This document shows, piece after piece, positions 9,353-18,939 of a stretch of DNA of 64,000 bases. Source of the stretch: an uncultured Gammaproteobacteria bacterium. GTDB lineage: Bacteria; Patescibacteriota; Microgenomatia; Levybacterales; UBA12049. The first letter of the stretch is position 1; each line of letters begins with the position of its first letter. The notes under the pieces were generated by a model. It saw nothing but the letters and a program-made list of their open reading frames with translations. It was not told the origin of the DNA and ran no database searches. The stretch lies in NCBI GenBank assembly GCA_964416505.1, contig CAYQEJ010000005.1, positions 22,488 to 86,487 of the forward strand, read 5' to 3'. The position numbers and the translations under genes were made by a program.

Positions 9353-10027
9353 ATGCTTCATTTTACTTTAAAGAGCCTTACATCTAAGAAAAGCCTGATT
9401 CTCATTTTCGTATTCATACTTTTAATTTTAACCCCCTTAATTATTTTCTTAATTTCAAAATTCGCTACTCCTCCAACCCCTTCTGAAATATTCATTAAAC
9501 AAACACAAAATTTTATAGATAAAAATAACGGGGATAATGAAATCCCTGAAGAAATTAGTGATATTTTTGATACTCTCAACGATAAAACCAACTCAGATAA
9601 AGATCAGTATGAAGCACTGAAAAGCTTGTCTTTCTATTTCTCATCGGCTTATTCTGAAAGCAAAAAGCCTGATATTAGAGACTATAATTCTAAATATATA
9701 AATGACTATGCTAAAAACTATTATTCAAATTTATATAAAAATTATGATTTTATTATCCCCTGCTCAGATCCAACATGCGGACAGAGCTTAGATAGTGAAA
9801 TTTCAGAAGCCATAAAAATTATTGATACTAGCAAGCTTGATAAAGACATTAAAAATACAATTATTGAAAATTTAAAAACTGCTGGATATACACCTGACCT
9901 CGAAAATAAAAAAATAGGTCTTACTCTATCCATAAGCCAACTTAAAGAAACTAATGATAAAGATGCATCTAAAGCAGCAGATCTTTTATATAAATACGCA
10001 AAAGAAAAATACAATATAGAACAATGA
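9353..10027 (+). CDS. Hypothetical N-terminally membrane-anchored protein
   Basis: Single N-terminal TM helix (LILIFVFILLILTPLIIFLI). Asp/Lys-rich soluble part. 4-nt overlap with the next gene. Confidence 0.5.
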   Translation: MLHFTLKSLTSKKSLILIFVFILLILTPLIIFLISKFATPPTPSEIFIKQTQNFIDKNNGDNEIPEEISDIFDTLNDKTNSDKDQYEALKSLSFYFSSAYSESKKPDIRDYNSKYINDYAKNYYSNLYKNYDFIIPCSDPTCGQSLDSEISEAIKIIDTSKLDKDIKNTIIENLKTAGYTPDLENKKIGLTLSISQLKETNDKDASKAADLLYKYAKEKYNIEQ

Positions 10028-13000
10028 GAAAAATAATAAATTTATTTAGTTTATTTACTTTTTTTTATATTTTAGGATTAATATTTTTACCTAAATCATC
10101 TGAAGCAGTAACGCTACGCATATTTTTTGGTAGCAATAATAAAAGCAATATTATTTGGCAAGTGGGATTCAGAGTTATATATAACTACAATACCGATAAT
10201 CCAACTTATACAAGCACATATAAAACATGGGTTGATAGAAACACTAACCCTGATTTCAACAGAAACGGAGGATACGAGATGTATCCGAATTACAATGATG
10301 CATGGAGACTTCAATGGGGAACCGGGTGTATTGATCCAAAAGAAAGAATTCGTATTACAAAAAATAGCCTTGAAGGAAATAACATATATGAGGCAAGTGG
10401 GAATGTTACCTTAAGTAAATCAAACCTAGATAGACTGGGTCAATATGGATCAGTAGACGTCTCCTATCCATATCTTGATGATATTGATTATTTCGAAAAC
10501 CAAGGCACAACAAAAAAAATATATTTTGGATCATTCACATCAATCTCTTCCAGCTGCCCAAGAAAACCTGTTCCACAATACGATATCAAAGGATATGTAT
10601 TCTTAGATAAAAATAGCGACGGAAAAGAACAAGCTTCTGATGGATGTTATCAAGGAAATTATGACCTTACAGTTAACGGAAATAGAGATAATGATCACAC
10701 ATCTAAAGGCTGCGGCAGTGGAAATGACCCATACTTTTTACTTTCTAGAAGCACAAAATCAAATACGGTTTGTCTAGTTGATCCCCCAGGTTATAATTTA
10801 ACTACTAGTAAGTGTAAAACCATAGGCGGAGATGGAACTGTAAAGTTTGGTATAGAACAGGAGCGTGGAAAGATTTCAGGAAGAGTCTATGTAGATGAAC
10901 AACCTAATTCCAAGATCGACGGAAATGATTCTTTTCTCAAAAACATTGAGATAAGAAGAAATCCTTCTGGAGCAAACGAAAAAAGAGTAACTGATAATAA
11001 TGGAAGATATACTTTCGGAGATCTGGATCCAGGATCAGACCATAACATACGACTTATCGAACCAGGCCCGGATTTCCTTGATTGCAAATATACACTTCAC
11101 GGTGACAATCCGAAGTTAAATGTAAATGCTGTTTCTACGCAAAACGATGTAGATTTCCGTTTATCGCGAAAATATTATGAAATAAGAGGAAATGTTTATA
11201 GATGCAATTCCGGCACCTGCACAAGAGCTGCAAACGATGGTACATATAATAGAAGTATTACCGTTACAGCAGTAGGCACCGGAAGAAGTGATACTTCCAA
11301 AGTCGGTGATACTCCAGATTATAGAATAACGAGATTAACAGATCGCGCAGATGCCTACAGCGTAAGAGTCTCGGGGCTTAGAGCTGGAGAAAGCGTAGTC
11401 GGAGGAAATCCTCAAAATGTAAATATTAACTGCGCAAATGAAGTTCACGATATTTTTATCCGTCCAGCTGGAGCTACTGACTTCTCTATCTCAGGATCTG
11501 TTTATGTAAATACAAATGGCGTAGACGGAATCCAAAAAACAGCTTCTGGCACTACCCCAGCTGATGAAATCTATGACGGTGGCGGAACGGTGCAAATAAG
11601 AAGATGTGCCAACCTAGCATGCGCTTCCAGCAATAATACAAGTAGAACTGATACTCTTGGAATAAGCGGCGGATATCAAATTGACAATAATCCTCTTGAC
11701 GGCACAGGATTAGACTTTAGAGTTAGACTTCTTGCAGGGACGCTGGCTGATGGATATACAATTAATGGCACACCAGGAAATGACAGAGCGGTAAATAATC
11801 CTACTGGGGATGTAGGCAATATCAATTTCTTAGTAGATGCTCCTGGTAACACATACTCAATCGCTGGCGGAGTCTACATAGATACTGATCCTCCTGAAGG
11901 AAGAAAAGCAGATTCAGAAGATTATGCAGCAGCTTCAGGAACTGAAAGGATCACAATTACTGGACTAGACGCCGGAAATTCCAGCGTCAATAAAACCATT
12001 ACGCCAACTGCATCAGGATTTAAAACATCCGGTCTTCCTCCTGGAAGATATCAGGTAGACTTTAGCGGTCCAAACGGAAGAGGGGCTGATTGGATAGTCA
12101 CTTACCCATCAGGAACAGCTCCTTACAGAATGGCTACTATAACACTAGGACCTTCCTGCGATGATAGCGCTACAGATCAAGACGGAGTGGCACTATGCGA
12201 ATCTAGCGGAGGAACTAAAACGGGCAATGTCACAAATGTAGACTTTGGAATAAAACAGCAAACAGATCAAGCATGGTACCAATCTATCGGCGGAGATATT
12301 AGAGTTGATAAAGATAATTTTAGAAATGAAATTCCAGCAGGGGCTGCAAATATATGTCCGACGAACAGCACTAGACCATACTTCTCTACCAACTCACTTA
12401 CAAACACTATGTCTGAAGGAATAATATTCACAGGCACCAACCCTGATCTCGCTAGAGTCGGTCAAAGTAACACAAAATCCTCCCCCAATGGATGGCTAGT
12501 TACCGGAAACAAATTTACTCCTTTTAAACCTGGTGTAATCAGAACTTCATATTCATTTGTTTCAAATGCAATTAAAAAAGGAAGAATCACAAAATATAAA
12601 GTGTTTTATAGCGATCCAAATCAACCAAACAGAGCCTGTGAACAAGCAAATAGCTCAGACTGTAATTTAAGAACTGATCTACAAAATGGAGTTTTCCAAA
12701 CAAATCAAAAAGTAACAATTCAAGGAACTGGCGCTCCTGAATCTTACACTTTCCCAACAAATGGAGACTTTGTGATCTTAGTAGATGACGATTTGAGAAT
12801 AGAAAGTAATATTATAGTACCAGCAGGATCAACTGCTACATTTATAGTTTCTGGAAATATTTCAGTTAGCCCAACTGTTACCAGAATTGATGGCATTTAC
12901 TCTACAGATAAAAGCTTCATAACCGAAGGAAGAAGCTCAGGAGCTGATACTCCTTTAACTATCAATGGTAATATTATCGCAAACGCGGGATTAAATTCTG

Positions 13001-14271
13001 GCAGCATTTTTGATCAAAGAAGAGATTTAGGAGATGCGCAAAATGCAATTTGCCCTGCTGTGAGAATAATTTCCAGACCTGACTTTATACTTAACGGACC
13101 TGAACTCCTTAGAAATACTAATTATGTATATCAGGAAGTTGCACCAGGAGCAGTTGATAGCGGATCTCAAGGAGGAGCAAGCTTTGATGATGCAACTCCA
13201 GAATGCGTACCTGAAAGTGACTCAGCATTTTGCGACAGAAAAGCTAAAAATTGTGGAGAAGTGTCAGGAAATGATAACTGCGGCAAATCAAGAACAGTCT
13301 CTAGTTGTGGATCCTGCACTTCCCCTCAAACATGCGGTGGAAGCGGAAGCGCAAATGTTTGCGGCACTACCTGCGTAGAAGAAACGCAAGCACAATTCTG
13401 CGCAAGACGAGCTAAGAATTGCGGAACTGTGTCCGGTAACAATAATTGCGGAATACCTAAATCATACAATTGCGGTACATGCACTTCTCCAAAAACTTGC
13501 GGTGGCGGAGGTGTCGCAAATGTTTGCGGAGAGGCGGATGCAGGAGACGGCGGAGATACAGGAAGCACTTTTAAATTTTACTGTCAGTATGGAGCTGTAA
13601 ATAAATTAGGTAAGGTTACTAGTCGAGGTTCCTGGAATTATTACTATGATTCAGGAAAATATTGTGATATCTATGGAGCTGGCTGCGCAATGACATCCCT
13701 ATCTATGATAATGACCTACTACGGAGATAAAATATTTACTCCAGATGTTACCTCTAGACAAGCTACAAACAACAAATACCCTACCAACTTAGGATGCGCA
13801 TCACCTGGAACATTAACATCTCAGCTAGAGGACACTGTCAGACCATGGCTTATGAGTAAAGGTTATGCGATGAATGCTTACAACATGGTGGAATGGAGCA
13901 ATTTATCAGGAGGCGGCTACAGAGGAAGACTAGGAGATGGCACTAATAAAGCAAATTTAAGGCATCTTAAGGACGTCTACATAGATAACGGCTTTCTTAT
14001 CTTAGGCGGCGCAGTGATTAGATATGCTACGCAAACAGGACTCTCTTCCCCTCATGGACATGCATTTGTTATAACTGATATTGACGTAGCAAACGAAACT
14101 ATGACAATCTATGATCCAACTTATTGCCAAACAAATAATGATGCTTTAAGTGGCGGAAAACGCATAATCAAAGATTTAGATAAGATAGATGGAACGCCAA
14201 TCGGATGCTCGGGAAGTGGCAGTGGAAAAAGATGCGGTTGGATTCAACTTTTTGCAATTAAGAAAAAATAA
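10024..14271 (+). CDS. Giant secreted protein (1415 aa) with Cys-rich tandem modules and C-terminal C39-like cysteine peptidase domain
   Basis: N-terminal signal peptide. Long Gly/Asn/Thr-rich beta-type region. Two tandem ~50-aa 8-Cys modules (CDRKAKNCGEVSGNDNCG...CGSCTSPQTCGGSGSANVCG and CARRAKNCGTVSGNNNCG...CGTCTSPKTCGGGGVANVCG). C-terminal GCAMTSLSMIMTYYG and HGHAFVITDID...IYDP match the Cys and His motifs of Peptidase_C39-like domains. Confidence 0.7.
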   Translation: MRKIINLFSLFTFFYILGLIFLPKSSEAVTLRIFFGSNNKSNIIWQVGFRVIYNYNTDNPTYTSTYKTWVDRNTNPDFNRNGGYEMYPNYNDAWRLQWGTGCIDPKERIRITKNSLEGNNIYEASGNVTLSKSNLDRLGQYGSVDVSYPYLDDIDYFENQGTTKKIYFGSFTSISSSCPRKPVPQYDIKGYVFLDKNSDGKEQASDGCYQGNYDLTVNGNRDNDHTSKGCGSGNDPYFLLSRSTKSNTVCLVDPPGYNLTTSKCKTIGGDGTVKFGIEQERGKISGRVYVDEQPNSKIDGNDSFLKNIEIRRNPSGANEKRVTDNNGRYTFGDLDPGSDHNIRLIEPGPDFLDCKYTLHGDNPKLNVNAVSTQNDVDFRLSRKYYEIRGNVYRCNSGTCTRAANDGTYNRSITVTAVGTGRSDTSKVGDTPDYRITRLTDRADAYSVRVSGLRAGESVVGGNPQNVNINCANEVHDIFIRPAGATDFSISGSVYVNTNGVDGIQKTASGTTPADEIYDGGGTVQIRRCANLACASSNNTSRTDTLGISGGYQIDNNPLDGTGLDFRVRLLAGTLADGYTINGTPGNDRAVNNPTGDVGNINFLVDAPGNTYSIAGGVYIDTDPPEGRKADSEDYAAASGTERITITGLDAGNSSVNKTITPTASGFKTSGLPPGRYQVDFSGPNGRGADWIVTYPSGTAPYRMATITLGPSCDDSATDQDGVALCESSGGTKTGNVTNVDFGIKQQTDQAWYQSIGGDIRVDKDNFRNEIPAGAANICPTNSTRPYFSTNSLTNTMSEGIIFTGTNPDLARVGQSNTKSSPNGWLVTGNKFTPFKPGVIRTSYSFVSNAIKKGRITKYKVFYSDPNQPNRACEQANSSDCNLRTDLQNGVFQTNQKVTIQGTGAPESYTFPTNGDFVILVDDDLRIESNIIVPAGSTATFIVSGNISVSPTVTRIDGIYSTDKSFITEGRSSGADTPLTINGNIIANAGLNSGSIFDQRRDLGDAQNAICPAVRIISRPDFILNGPELLRNTNYVYQEVAPGAVDSGSQGGASFDDATPECVPESDSAFCDRKAKNCGEVSGNDNCGKSRTVSSCGSCTSPQTCGGSGSANVCGTTCVEETQAQFCARRAKNCGTVSGNNNCGIPKSYNCGTCTSPKTCGGGGVANVCGEADAGDGGDTGSTFKFYCQYGAVNKLGKVTSRGSWNYYYDSGKYCDIYGAGCAMTSLSMIMTYYGDKIFTPDVTSRQATNNKYPTNLGCASPGTLTSQLEDTVRPWLMSKGYAMNAYNMVEWSNLSGGGYRGRLGDGTNKANLRHLKDVYIDNGFLILGGAVIRYATQTGLSSPHGHAFVITDIDVANETMTIYDPTYCQTNNDALSGGKRIIKDLDKIDGTPIGCSGSGSGKRCGWIQLFAIKKK

Positions 14272-14726
14272 TGGATAATCAAATAGAACCTATGCCAGTT
14301 GTAGAAAATAAAAAACCAATAGATAAAAAGCTAGTTGGAATCTTATTGATCGTATTGATTTTAACAGTTTCAATTATTTTAGCTTTGATATTTTTTATAA
14401 GAAGTGCTGGAAATTCCTCAAACAAGACCCCTTCCCCAACAATATCAGAACCTCAAACAGGAACAGGACTGGAAGAAAAAGCCGAAAATCCCGAGATAAT
14501 GCTTCAAAATCGTGGATACAAACTTAGCAAATTAGGCGCTAAGCTTCCATATTCTGGCACCAACTTTTCACTTTCCTATGATCTAAATGAAGACGAATTT
14601 ACTTTGTATGTTAATCCTTCAGCTCAAAAAGAAGGAAATGATGAATTAAATAATTATTTAAAGGAAAATGGAATCGAAAGCTTATCCTGGATTACAAATC
14701 TCAAAAGAACAAATCAAAAATTCTAA
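14271..14726 (+). CDS. Hypothetical small membrane-anchored protein
   Basis: Start overlaps the stop of the giant gene (ATAATGG). One TM helix. Confidence 0.5.
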   Translation: MDNQIEPMPVVENKKPIDKKLVGILLIVLILTVSIILALIFFIRSAGNSSNKTPSPTISEPQTGTGLEEKAENPEIMLQNRGYKLSKLGAKLPYSGTNFSLSYDLNEDEFTLYVNPSAQKEGNDELNNYLKENGIESLSWITNLKRTNQKF

Positions 14727-14745
14727 CCCATAATACTTCTTCAGG

Positions 14746-14775
14746 TTGACAAAACATATCCTCAAAAACTATACT
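14746..14775 (+). promoter_or_regulatory. Candidate promoter (TTGACA-18-TATACT) upstream of a ~220-nt non-coding stretch and the tRNA cluster
   Basis: Consensus hexamers. No credible ORF downstream. A T-run lies at about 14965-14985. Confidence 0.4.
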
Positions 14776-15045
14776 TTTTAGAGTACTTTGATATTAGAGG
14801 GGATTATGATTTTTCCTCTATGTTAATTTCCTTGAGGTAGTTTCGAGCAATCGGAGCGACAAGGCGGAGTTTGATAAAGCTATGGTTCGTCCTAAACTTT
14901 ATCAACAGCTTTTCCTATTTTTCTCAAGGGGAAAACGATAATCTTACTCGGTATCAAAGTCGTATTTATTTTTTATTATCAGAAAAAACCAAATGCTGGT
15001 TTCCTGTTGCCTCGATTCTCCTCTTTTTGGTAAAATTACACATGC

Positions 15046-15117
15046 GCCGAGATAGCTCAGCGGTAGAGCAGCTGTTTTGTAAACAGCAGGTCTGGGGTCC
15101 GAATCCCCATCTCGGCT
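15046..15117 (+). tRNA. tRNA-Thr (anticodon TGT)
   Basis: Manual cloverleaf. Acceptor gccgaga/tctcggc. D-arm tagctcagcggtagagc. Anticodon stem gctgt/acagc with loop tttgtaa. T-arm tgggg-tccgaat-cccca. CCA not encoded. Confidence 0.8.
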
Positions 15118-15133
15118 CAGCAACACATAGTAA

Positions 15134-15217
15134 GCTGGGTTCGCGTAGCGGCAATCGCCTCTGGCTGTAGACCAGATGCCCGTAAGGGCTGCGAAGGTTC
15201 GAGTCCTTCACCCAGCA
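15134..15217 (+). tRNA. tRNA-Tyr (anticodon GTA), long variable arm
   Basis: Acceptor gctgggt/acccagc. Anticodon stem tctgg/ccaga with loop ctgtaga. Long variable arm tgcccgtaagggctgc. T-arm gaagg-ttcgagt-ccttc. Confidence 0.85.
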
Positions 15218-15223
15218 CACTTG

Positions 15224-15294
15224 CCGATTTGGCTCAGTGGTAGAGCAAGTCATTGGTAATGACTAGATCGTGGGTTCGATTCCCACAATCGGCT
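15224..15294 (+). tRNA. tRNA-Thr (anticodon GGT)
   Basis: Acceptor gccgatt/aatcggc. Anticodon stem agtca/tgact with loop ttggtaa. T-arm gtggg-ttcgatt-cccac. Confidence 0.8.
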
Positions 15295-15343
15295 CACTAC
15301 TCTTTGATTTTAAGCACAATTTTAGTTATAATTAAGAACTTAT

Positions 15344-15517
15344 ATGGCAAAAGGTGAACACAGACAGATCTTTGGACTTAAATGTAGCGTTTGCAAACAC
15401 GTGAATTACGTCACAGAAAGAAATAAAATAAATACAGAAAGTAAGCTTTTACTTAAGAAGTATTGCAAATATTGTAGAAAAGCTACAGATCACAAAGAAG
15501 TAGAAAAACTTAAGTAA
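15344..15517 (+). CDS. rpmG: Ribosomal protein L33
   Basis: 57-aa ORF missing from the supplied track because it is under 60 aa. Translates to MAKGEHRQIFGLKCSVCKHVNYVTERNKINTESKLLLKKYCKYCRKATDHKEVEKLK with two CxxC pairs. Sits in the conserved tRNA-rpmG-secE-nusG position. Confidence 0.8.
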   Translation: MAKGEHRQIFGLKCSVCKHVNYVTERNKINTESKLLLKKYCKYCRKATDHKEVEKLK

Positions 15518-15561
15518 ATCCCCTTATCTTATTTGATTAAAGCCCACTCCCAAAGTATAAT

Positions 15562-16842
15562 ATGTTCTGCGAAGGATTTACCCTGAGCTTGACGAAGGGA
15601 TGTGGTGAAACGGCTATCACAGCAGTCTCCAAAACTGCTTTTCTCAGTTCGAATCTGAGCATCCCTGCAAAAAATCCACTTGAATCCCCTTTTTCTAAGT
15701 GCTATATTTTCCCTGTGCCAAATCCCGAGCGTAGATACCCCCTGCCTCGAAGAGATAGTTTTAAAAAGCGCTTAGCAGCTGCTGGAATGTCAGTAATCAT
15801 GTCAGGCGCTCCTATTTCTCTTCCAGCTCACTACGACCCCATACAAGCCAATCCAGACCAACAATATGGAATGTATAGCTACGGCATACAGGGTTATCAA
15901 GTTATTAAAGATACCGGCGATATTTCAAGAGGTTTTGATCCTACAGAAGGAAGAGGAAAAGAATATGGAGAAAAAGATAAAGAAAAACTCGTAGATCTTC
16001 TAGAGACAGTTTACGATGCAAATTTAAACTTTGTTTTTTTCTCATGGTATCCGGATATAAGAGACGACTTCTGGACATTAGTAGATGATGTTATGACTAA
16101 CCCATCTAACCCATATAAAGATTTAGTAAAAACATCCTTTGTTTATGAGCCTGAATCCAATGAAGACTCCATGGAACTATCTAGGATGAACGACGACATT
16201 GGAAAACTTAGCAGATTTTTTGATAAACCTTATTTTTTAAAAAACAAGGATGGCAAACCTGTATTTACTGTTTTTGCTTCAGAATGGGAAGGATTTGTTA
16301 ACAATAGCGGTTATGTTCAGAAATGGGATGAAATAGCAGAAAAATATGGCGCATATATAATTCTTGAAGATTATCCAGGAATAAGTTTGAATCCTAGCTA
16401 CCAAAATAGTCAGGATAGAATAGGATCCATTAGCTATGGCGATGATCCGTGGCTTCTCACCTCTGACGGCTACCGAGAAGGAAGAAATGCAGTAAGAATT
16501 AGATGGAGCTACCACAAACCTGGTGATTTTAAATGGCAAGACTATAGCGCTACGCAACTCAAAACAAACATAGGCAGGATGCTTGCTTCAGGTGAAGAAT
16601 TTGGAATAGGAATATCAATAGATGAAGGCTACGAAGATACACAGGCTACACCTCAAGTTTTCGATATTTTCAAAGCCTCTCTTCCTGACCGGGCAAGTTA
16701 TGACAATTTATCTAGAGAAGAAAAAATAAAAGTTCTCAGAAATAAAGCGCAAGATCTTCGAAATGGAGAATCTTTACCACCTCCGCCTTTCCTTATCTAC
16801 GATAACGCGACAGATAGAACCAGAAGACAAAGAATAGCATAA
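15562..16842 (+). CDS. Hypothetical protein, possibly a glycoside-hydrolase-like TIM-barrel protein
   Basis: No signature motif recognised with confidence. Inserted between rpmG and secE. The true start may be an internal Met (MSVIMSG...). Confidence 0.45.
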   Translation: MFCEGFTLSLTKGCGETAITAVSKTAFLSSNLSIPAKNPLESPFSKCYIFPVPNPERRYPLPRRDSFKKRLAAAGMSVIMSGAPISLPAHYDPIQANPDQQYGMYSYGIQGYQVIKDTGDISRGFDPTEGRGKEYGEKDKEKLVDLLETVYDANLNFVFFSWYPDIRDDFWTLVDDVMTNPSNPYKDLVKTSFVYEPESNEDSMELSRMNDDIGKLSRFFDKPYFLKNKDGKPVFTVFASEWEGFVNNSGYVQKWDEIAEKYGAYIILEDYPGISLNPSYQNSQDRIGSISYGDDPWLLTSDGYREGRNAVRIRWSYHKPGDFKWQDYSATQLKTNIGRMLASGEEFGIGISIDEGYEDTQATPQVFDIFKASLPDRASYDNLSREEKIKVLRNKAQDLRNGESLPPPPFLIYDNATDRTRRQRIA

Positions 16843-16885
16843 ATAACTAATTGAAATTTCAAAGATAAACTGTTAATCTTTTCCT

Positions 16886-17272
16886 ATGCCACACGACGAG
16901 CATCATGAACATCTAGTTAAAGAGGTTGAGGAGATTTTTTTACCCATCCTATCTGACTCAAAACAGGCAATCTATATCTATTTAGATGATACACACAAAA
17001 CCTGCAATCAGAATCTTGTTGACTTATTGGGATACGAAAATATTGATGAATGGATATCCACCGAATCTCCAATAAGCGACTTTGTAGAATCTGATCAGGA
17101 AAATGTAATTGAAGCTTACGGGAATGCTACAGAAAAATATGAAGCATCCACTGTATCCGCTGCTGTTAAGACAAGAGGAGGATCAGAAATTGAAACAGAG
17201 ATCTTTATGATGCCTTTTAGCTACAAGGGAGAAGTATTTGTAGTTCATTTTATAAATGAGCTCAAGAATTAG
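16886..17272 (+). CDS. Hypothetical small acidic protein (PAS-like fold possible)
   Basis: ORF only. Convergent 11-nt overlap with the PAP2 gene. Confidence 0.4.
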   Translation: MPHDEHHEHLVKEVEEIFLPILSDSKQAIYIYLDDTHKTCNQNLVDLLGYENIDEWISTESPISDFVESDQENVIEAYGNATEKYEASTVSAAVKTRGGSEIETEIFMMPFSYKGEVFVVHFINELKN

Positions 17273-17909
17273 ATTTTTTAACTGCAAAAGAAGAAATTAT
17301 AAAAGCTAGTGAAAATCCTAAAAGTGCTCCTCCGAAAACATCAGATATCCAATGCTCTCCCAAATATACTCTTGTTAAAAACATAAAAAAATCAAAAATT
17401 AATATTCCCAAAATTAAAATTTTCTTATGAAAGTTATTTATTTTTTTATTTATAATAATTCCTACAATTAGAATTAAAGACACAAATGCCGTTCTCGCAG
17501 AATGCCCTGAAGGATAGGAGAAAAATTCATGCGGAATATAATTTGACGGGAAAGATATGGGCAAATGAGTTTTCAAAAAATAAATTGGTGGACCTTTATG
17601 TTCAATAATTGTCTTTCCTAAAAGCTCAATAACGCCAGTCAGCACATAAAGAACTAGAATAAAAAATTTCTTCGGAATACGCAAAAAAACAAGCGATAGT
17701 AATAAAATAATACTTGCAGATTCAGCGCTTCCGATCAAACTAAACGTAGAGAAAAATTCTGAAAATCTATTTCCCAAATTATCCTGGAGTCTAACAGTAG
17801 TATTGAAATCAAATTGAGTAAAAAGATCCTGTGCGACTAAGAAACTGAATACAACAAATCCTAAGAACAAAAAAATCCCACTATAAGAAAAAATATTTGC
17901 AAGTTTCAT
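17262..17909 (-). CDS. PAP2-family lipid phosphatase (phosphatidic acid / undecaprenyl-diphosphate phosphatase-like)
   Basis: PAP2 motifs PSGHSARTAF and GEHWISDVFGG. Six TM segments. Confidence 0.75.
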   Translation of the reverse strand: MKLANIFSYSGIFLFLGFVVFSFLVAQDLFTQFDFNTTVRLQDNLGNRFSEFFSTFSLIGSAESASIILLLSLVFLRIPKKFFILVLYVLTGVIELLGKTIIEHKGPPIYFLKTHLPISFPSNYIPHEFFSYPSGHSARTAFVSLILIVGIIINKKINNFHKKILILGILIFDFFMFLTRVYLGEHWISDVFGGALLGFSLAFIISSFAVKKSNS

Positions 17910-17930
17910 GGAGAATACTATTGTATCAAA

Positions 17931-18866
17931 TTAATTTAGATGAAGATTTCTAAGGAACTCTTTGAATTCCTCACTTATATCAGGATGATTTAAAGCAAGT
18001 TCTACGCTGGTTTTCATATACTCTAACTTATTTCCCGTATCGTAATATTTTCCATTTTCTATCTCAACTGCATAAACCGGCACGCCCTCACTTTGAAGCT
18101 TATTTATAGCGTCAACCAACCAAATTTCCCCACCTTTTCCAGGAGCAAGACTTTTTAGAGCTGCAAATGTTTCAGGGGGAAGAATATATGCTCCGTGTGT
18201 AGCGATATTTGAAGGTGCTTGATCAGGCTCCGGCTTTTCCACGATTGCTTTTATTTTAGAAACTTTTCCCTCAACTGGTTCTAAATCTGCAATTCCATAT
18301 CTTTTCAGGTCTTCTTTTTTATCAATTCTAACTCCAGAAATTACTACGCCCCCGTACTTTTCGTAAACTTCAATCATCTGCTGCAAACGAGGAGGATTTG
18401 AATAAATAAATTCGTCTCCCCATAAAACCGCAAATGGTTCATCTTCAATCGCTGGCTCAGCTGAAAGAACAGGAGTTCCATTTCCGTATGGACCTTTCTG
18501 TCTAACATAAATAAAATTAGCCATCTCCCCTATCTTTCTCACCATCTCAATAAACTCTTGCTTATTTCCTGCTTCAAGATTTTTAATAAGCTCCGCATTT
18601 GGGTAATCAAAATGATCTTCGATAGCTCTTTTCAATGATCCTGTCACTATAACTATATCTTTAATTCCAGATGCTACTGCTTCTTCAACCACATATTGAA
18701 TAACTGGCTTATCTACTATGGGAAGCATTTCTTTTGGCATGGCCTTGGTTTGAGGTAAAAATCTTGTACCAAAACCTGCTGCGGGGATTACTGCTTTTGT
18801 GATTTTCTTCATAAAAGTTCTTATATCATAATCTAATATTTTACAAATTACAATTCCTAGCCTCAC
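17931..18866 (-). CDS. galU: UTP--glucose-1-phosphate uridylyltransferase
   Basis: KAVIPAAGFGTRFLPQTKAMPKEMLPIVDKPVIQYVVEEA nucleotidyltransferase signature. Likely true start is MKKITK at about 18809. Confidence 0.85.
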   Translation of the reverse strand: MRLGIVICKILDYDIRTFMKKITKAVIPAAGFGTRFLPQTKAMPKEMLPIVDKPVIQYVVEEAVASGIKDIVIVTGSLKRAIEDHFDYPNAELIKNLEAGNKQEFIEMVRKIGEMANFIYVRQKGPYGNGTPVLSAEPAIEDEPFAVLWGDEFIYSNPPRLQQMIEVYEKYGGVVISGVRIDKKEDLKRYGIADLEPVEGKVSKIKAIVEKPEPDQAPSNIATHGAYILPPETFAALKSLAPGKGGEIWLVDAINKLQSEGVPVYAVEIENGKYYDTGNKLEYMKTSVELALNHPDISEEFKEFLRNLHLN

Positions 18867-18939
18867 GCCCTTTACATAGCCTTCATTTTTTGATAAAATA
18901 TTGACAAATATCCGCCAAAGCTGGCGGATTTAAAATATA

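Noticed and set aside
13226-13530. Tandem repeat at nucleotide level inside the giant gene read as a CRISPR-like array or an assembly duplication
   Set aside because: The two ~150-nt units are in-frame and diverged (about 70% identity). They encode matching 8-Cys protein modules, so this is a genuine intragenic domain duplication.
13124-13568. Internal and antisense ORFs inside the giant genes (for example 13124..13378 +, 13326..13568 -, 51830..52219 -, 53513..53830 -, 55091..55405 -)
   Set aside because: They are fully embedded in long, coherent coding frames with domain-level signal. Antisense frames in Gly/Ser/Thr-rich repeats commonly stay open by chance.
14871-15253. Track ORFs of 60-99 aa on both strands (14871..15170 +, 14944..15126 -, 14966..15253 -) in the tRNA region
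   Set aside because: They run directly through three well-folded tRNA genes (Thr, Tyr, Thr) and have no start context. These are spurious open frames.
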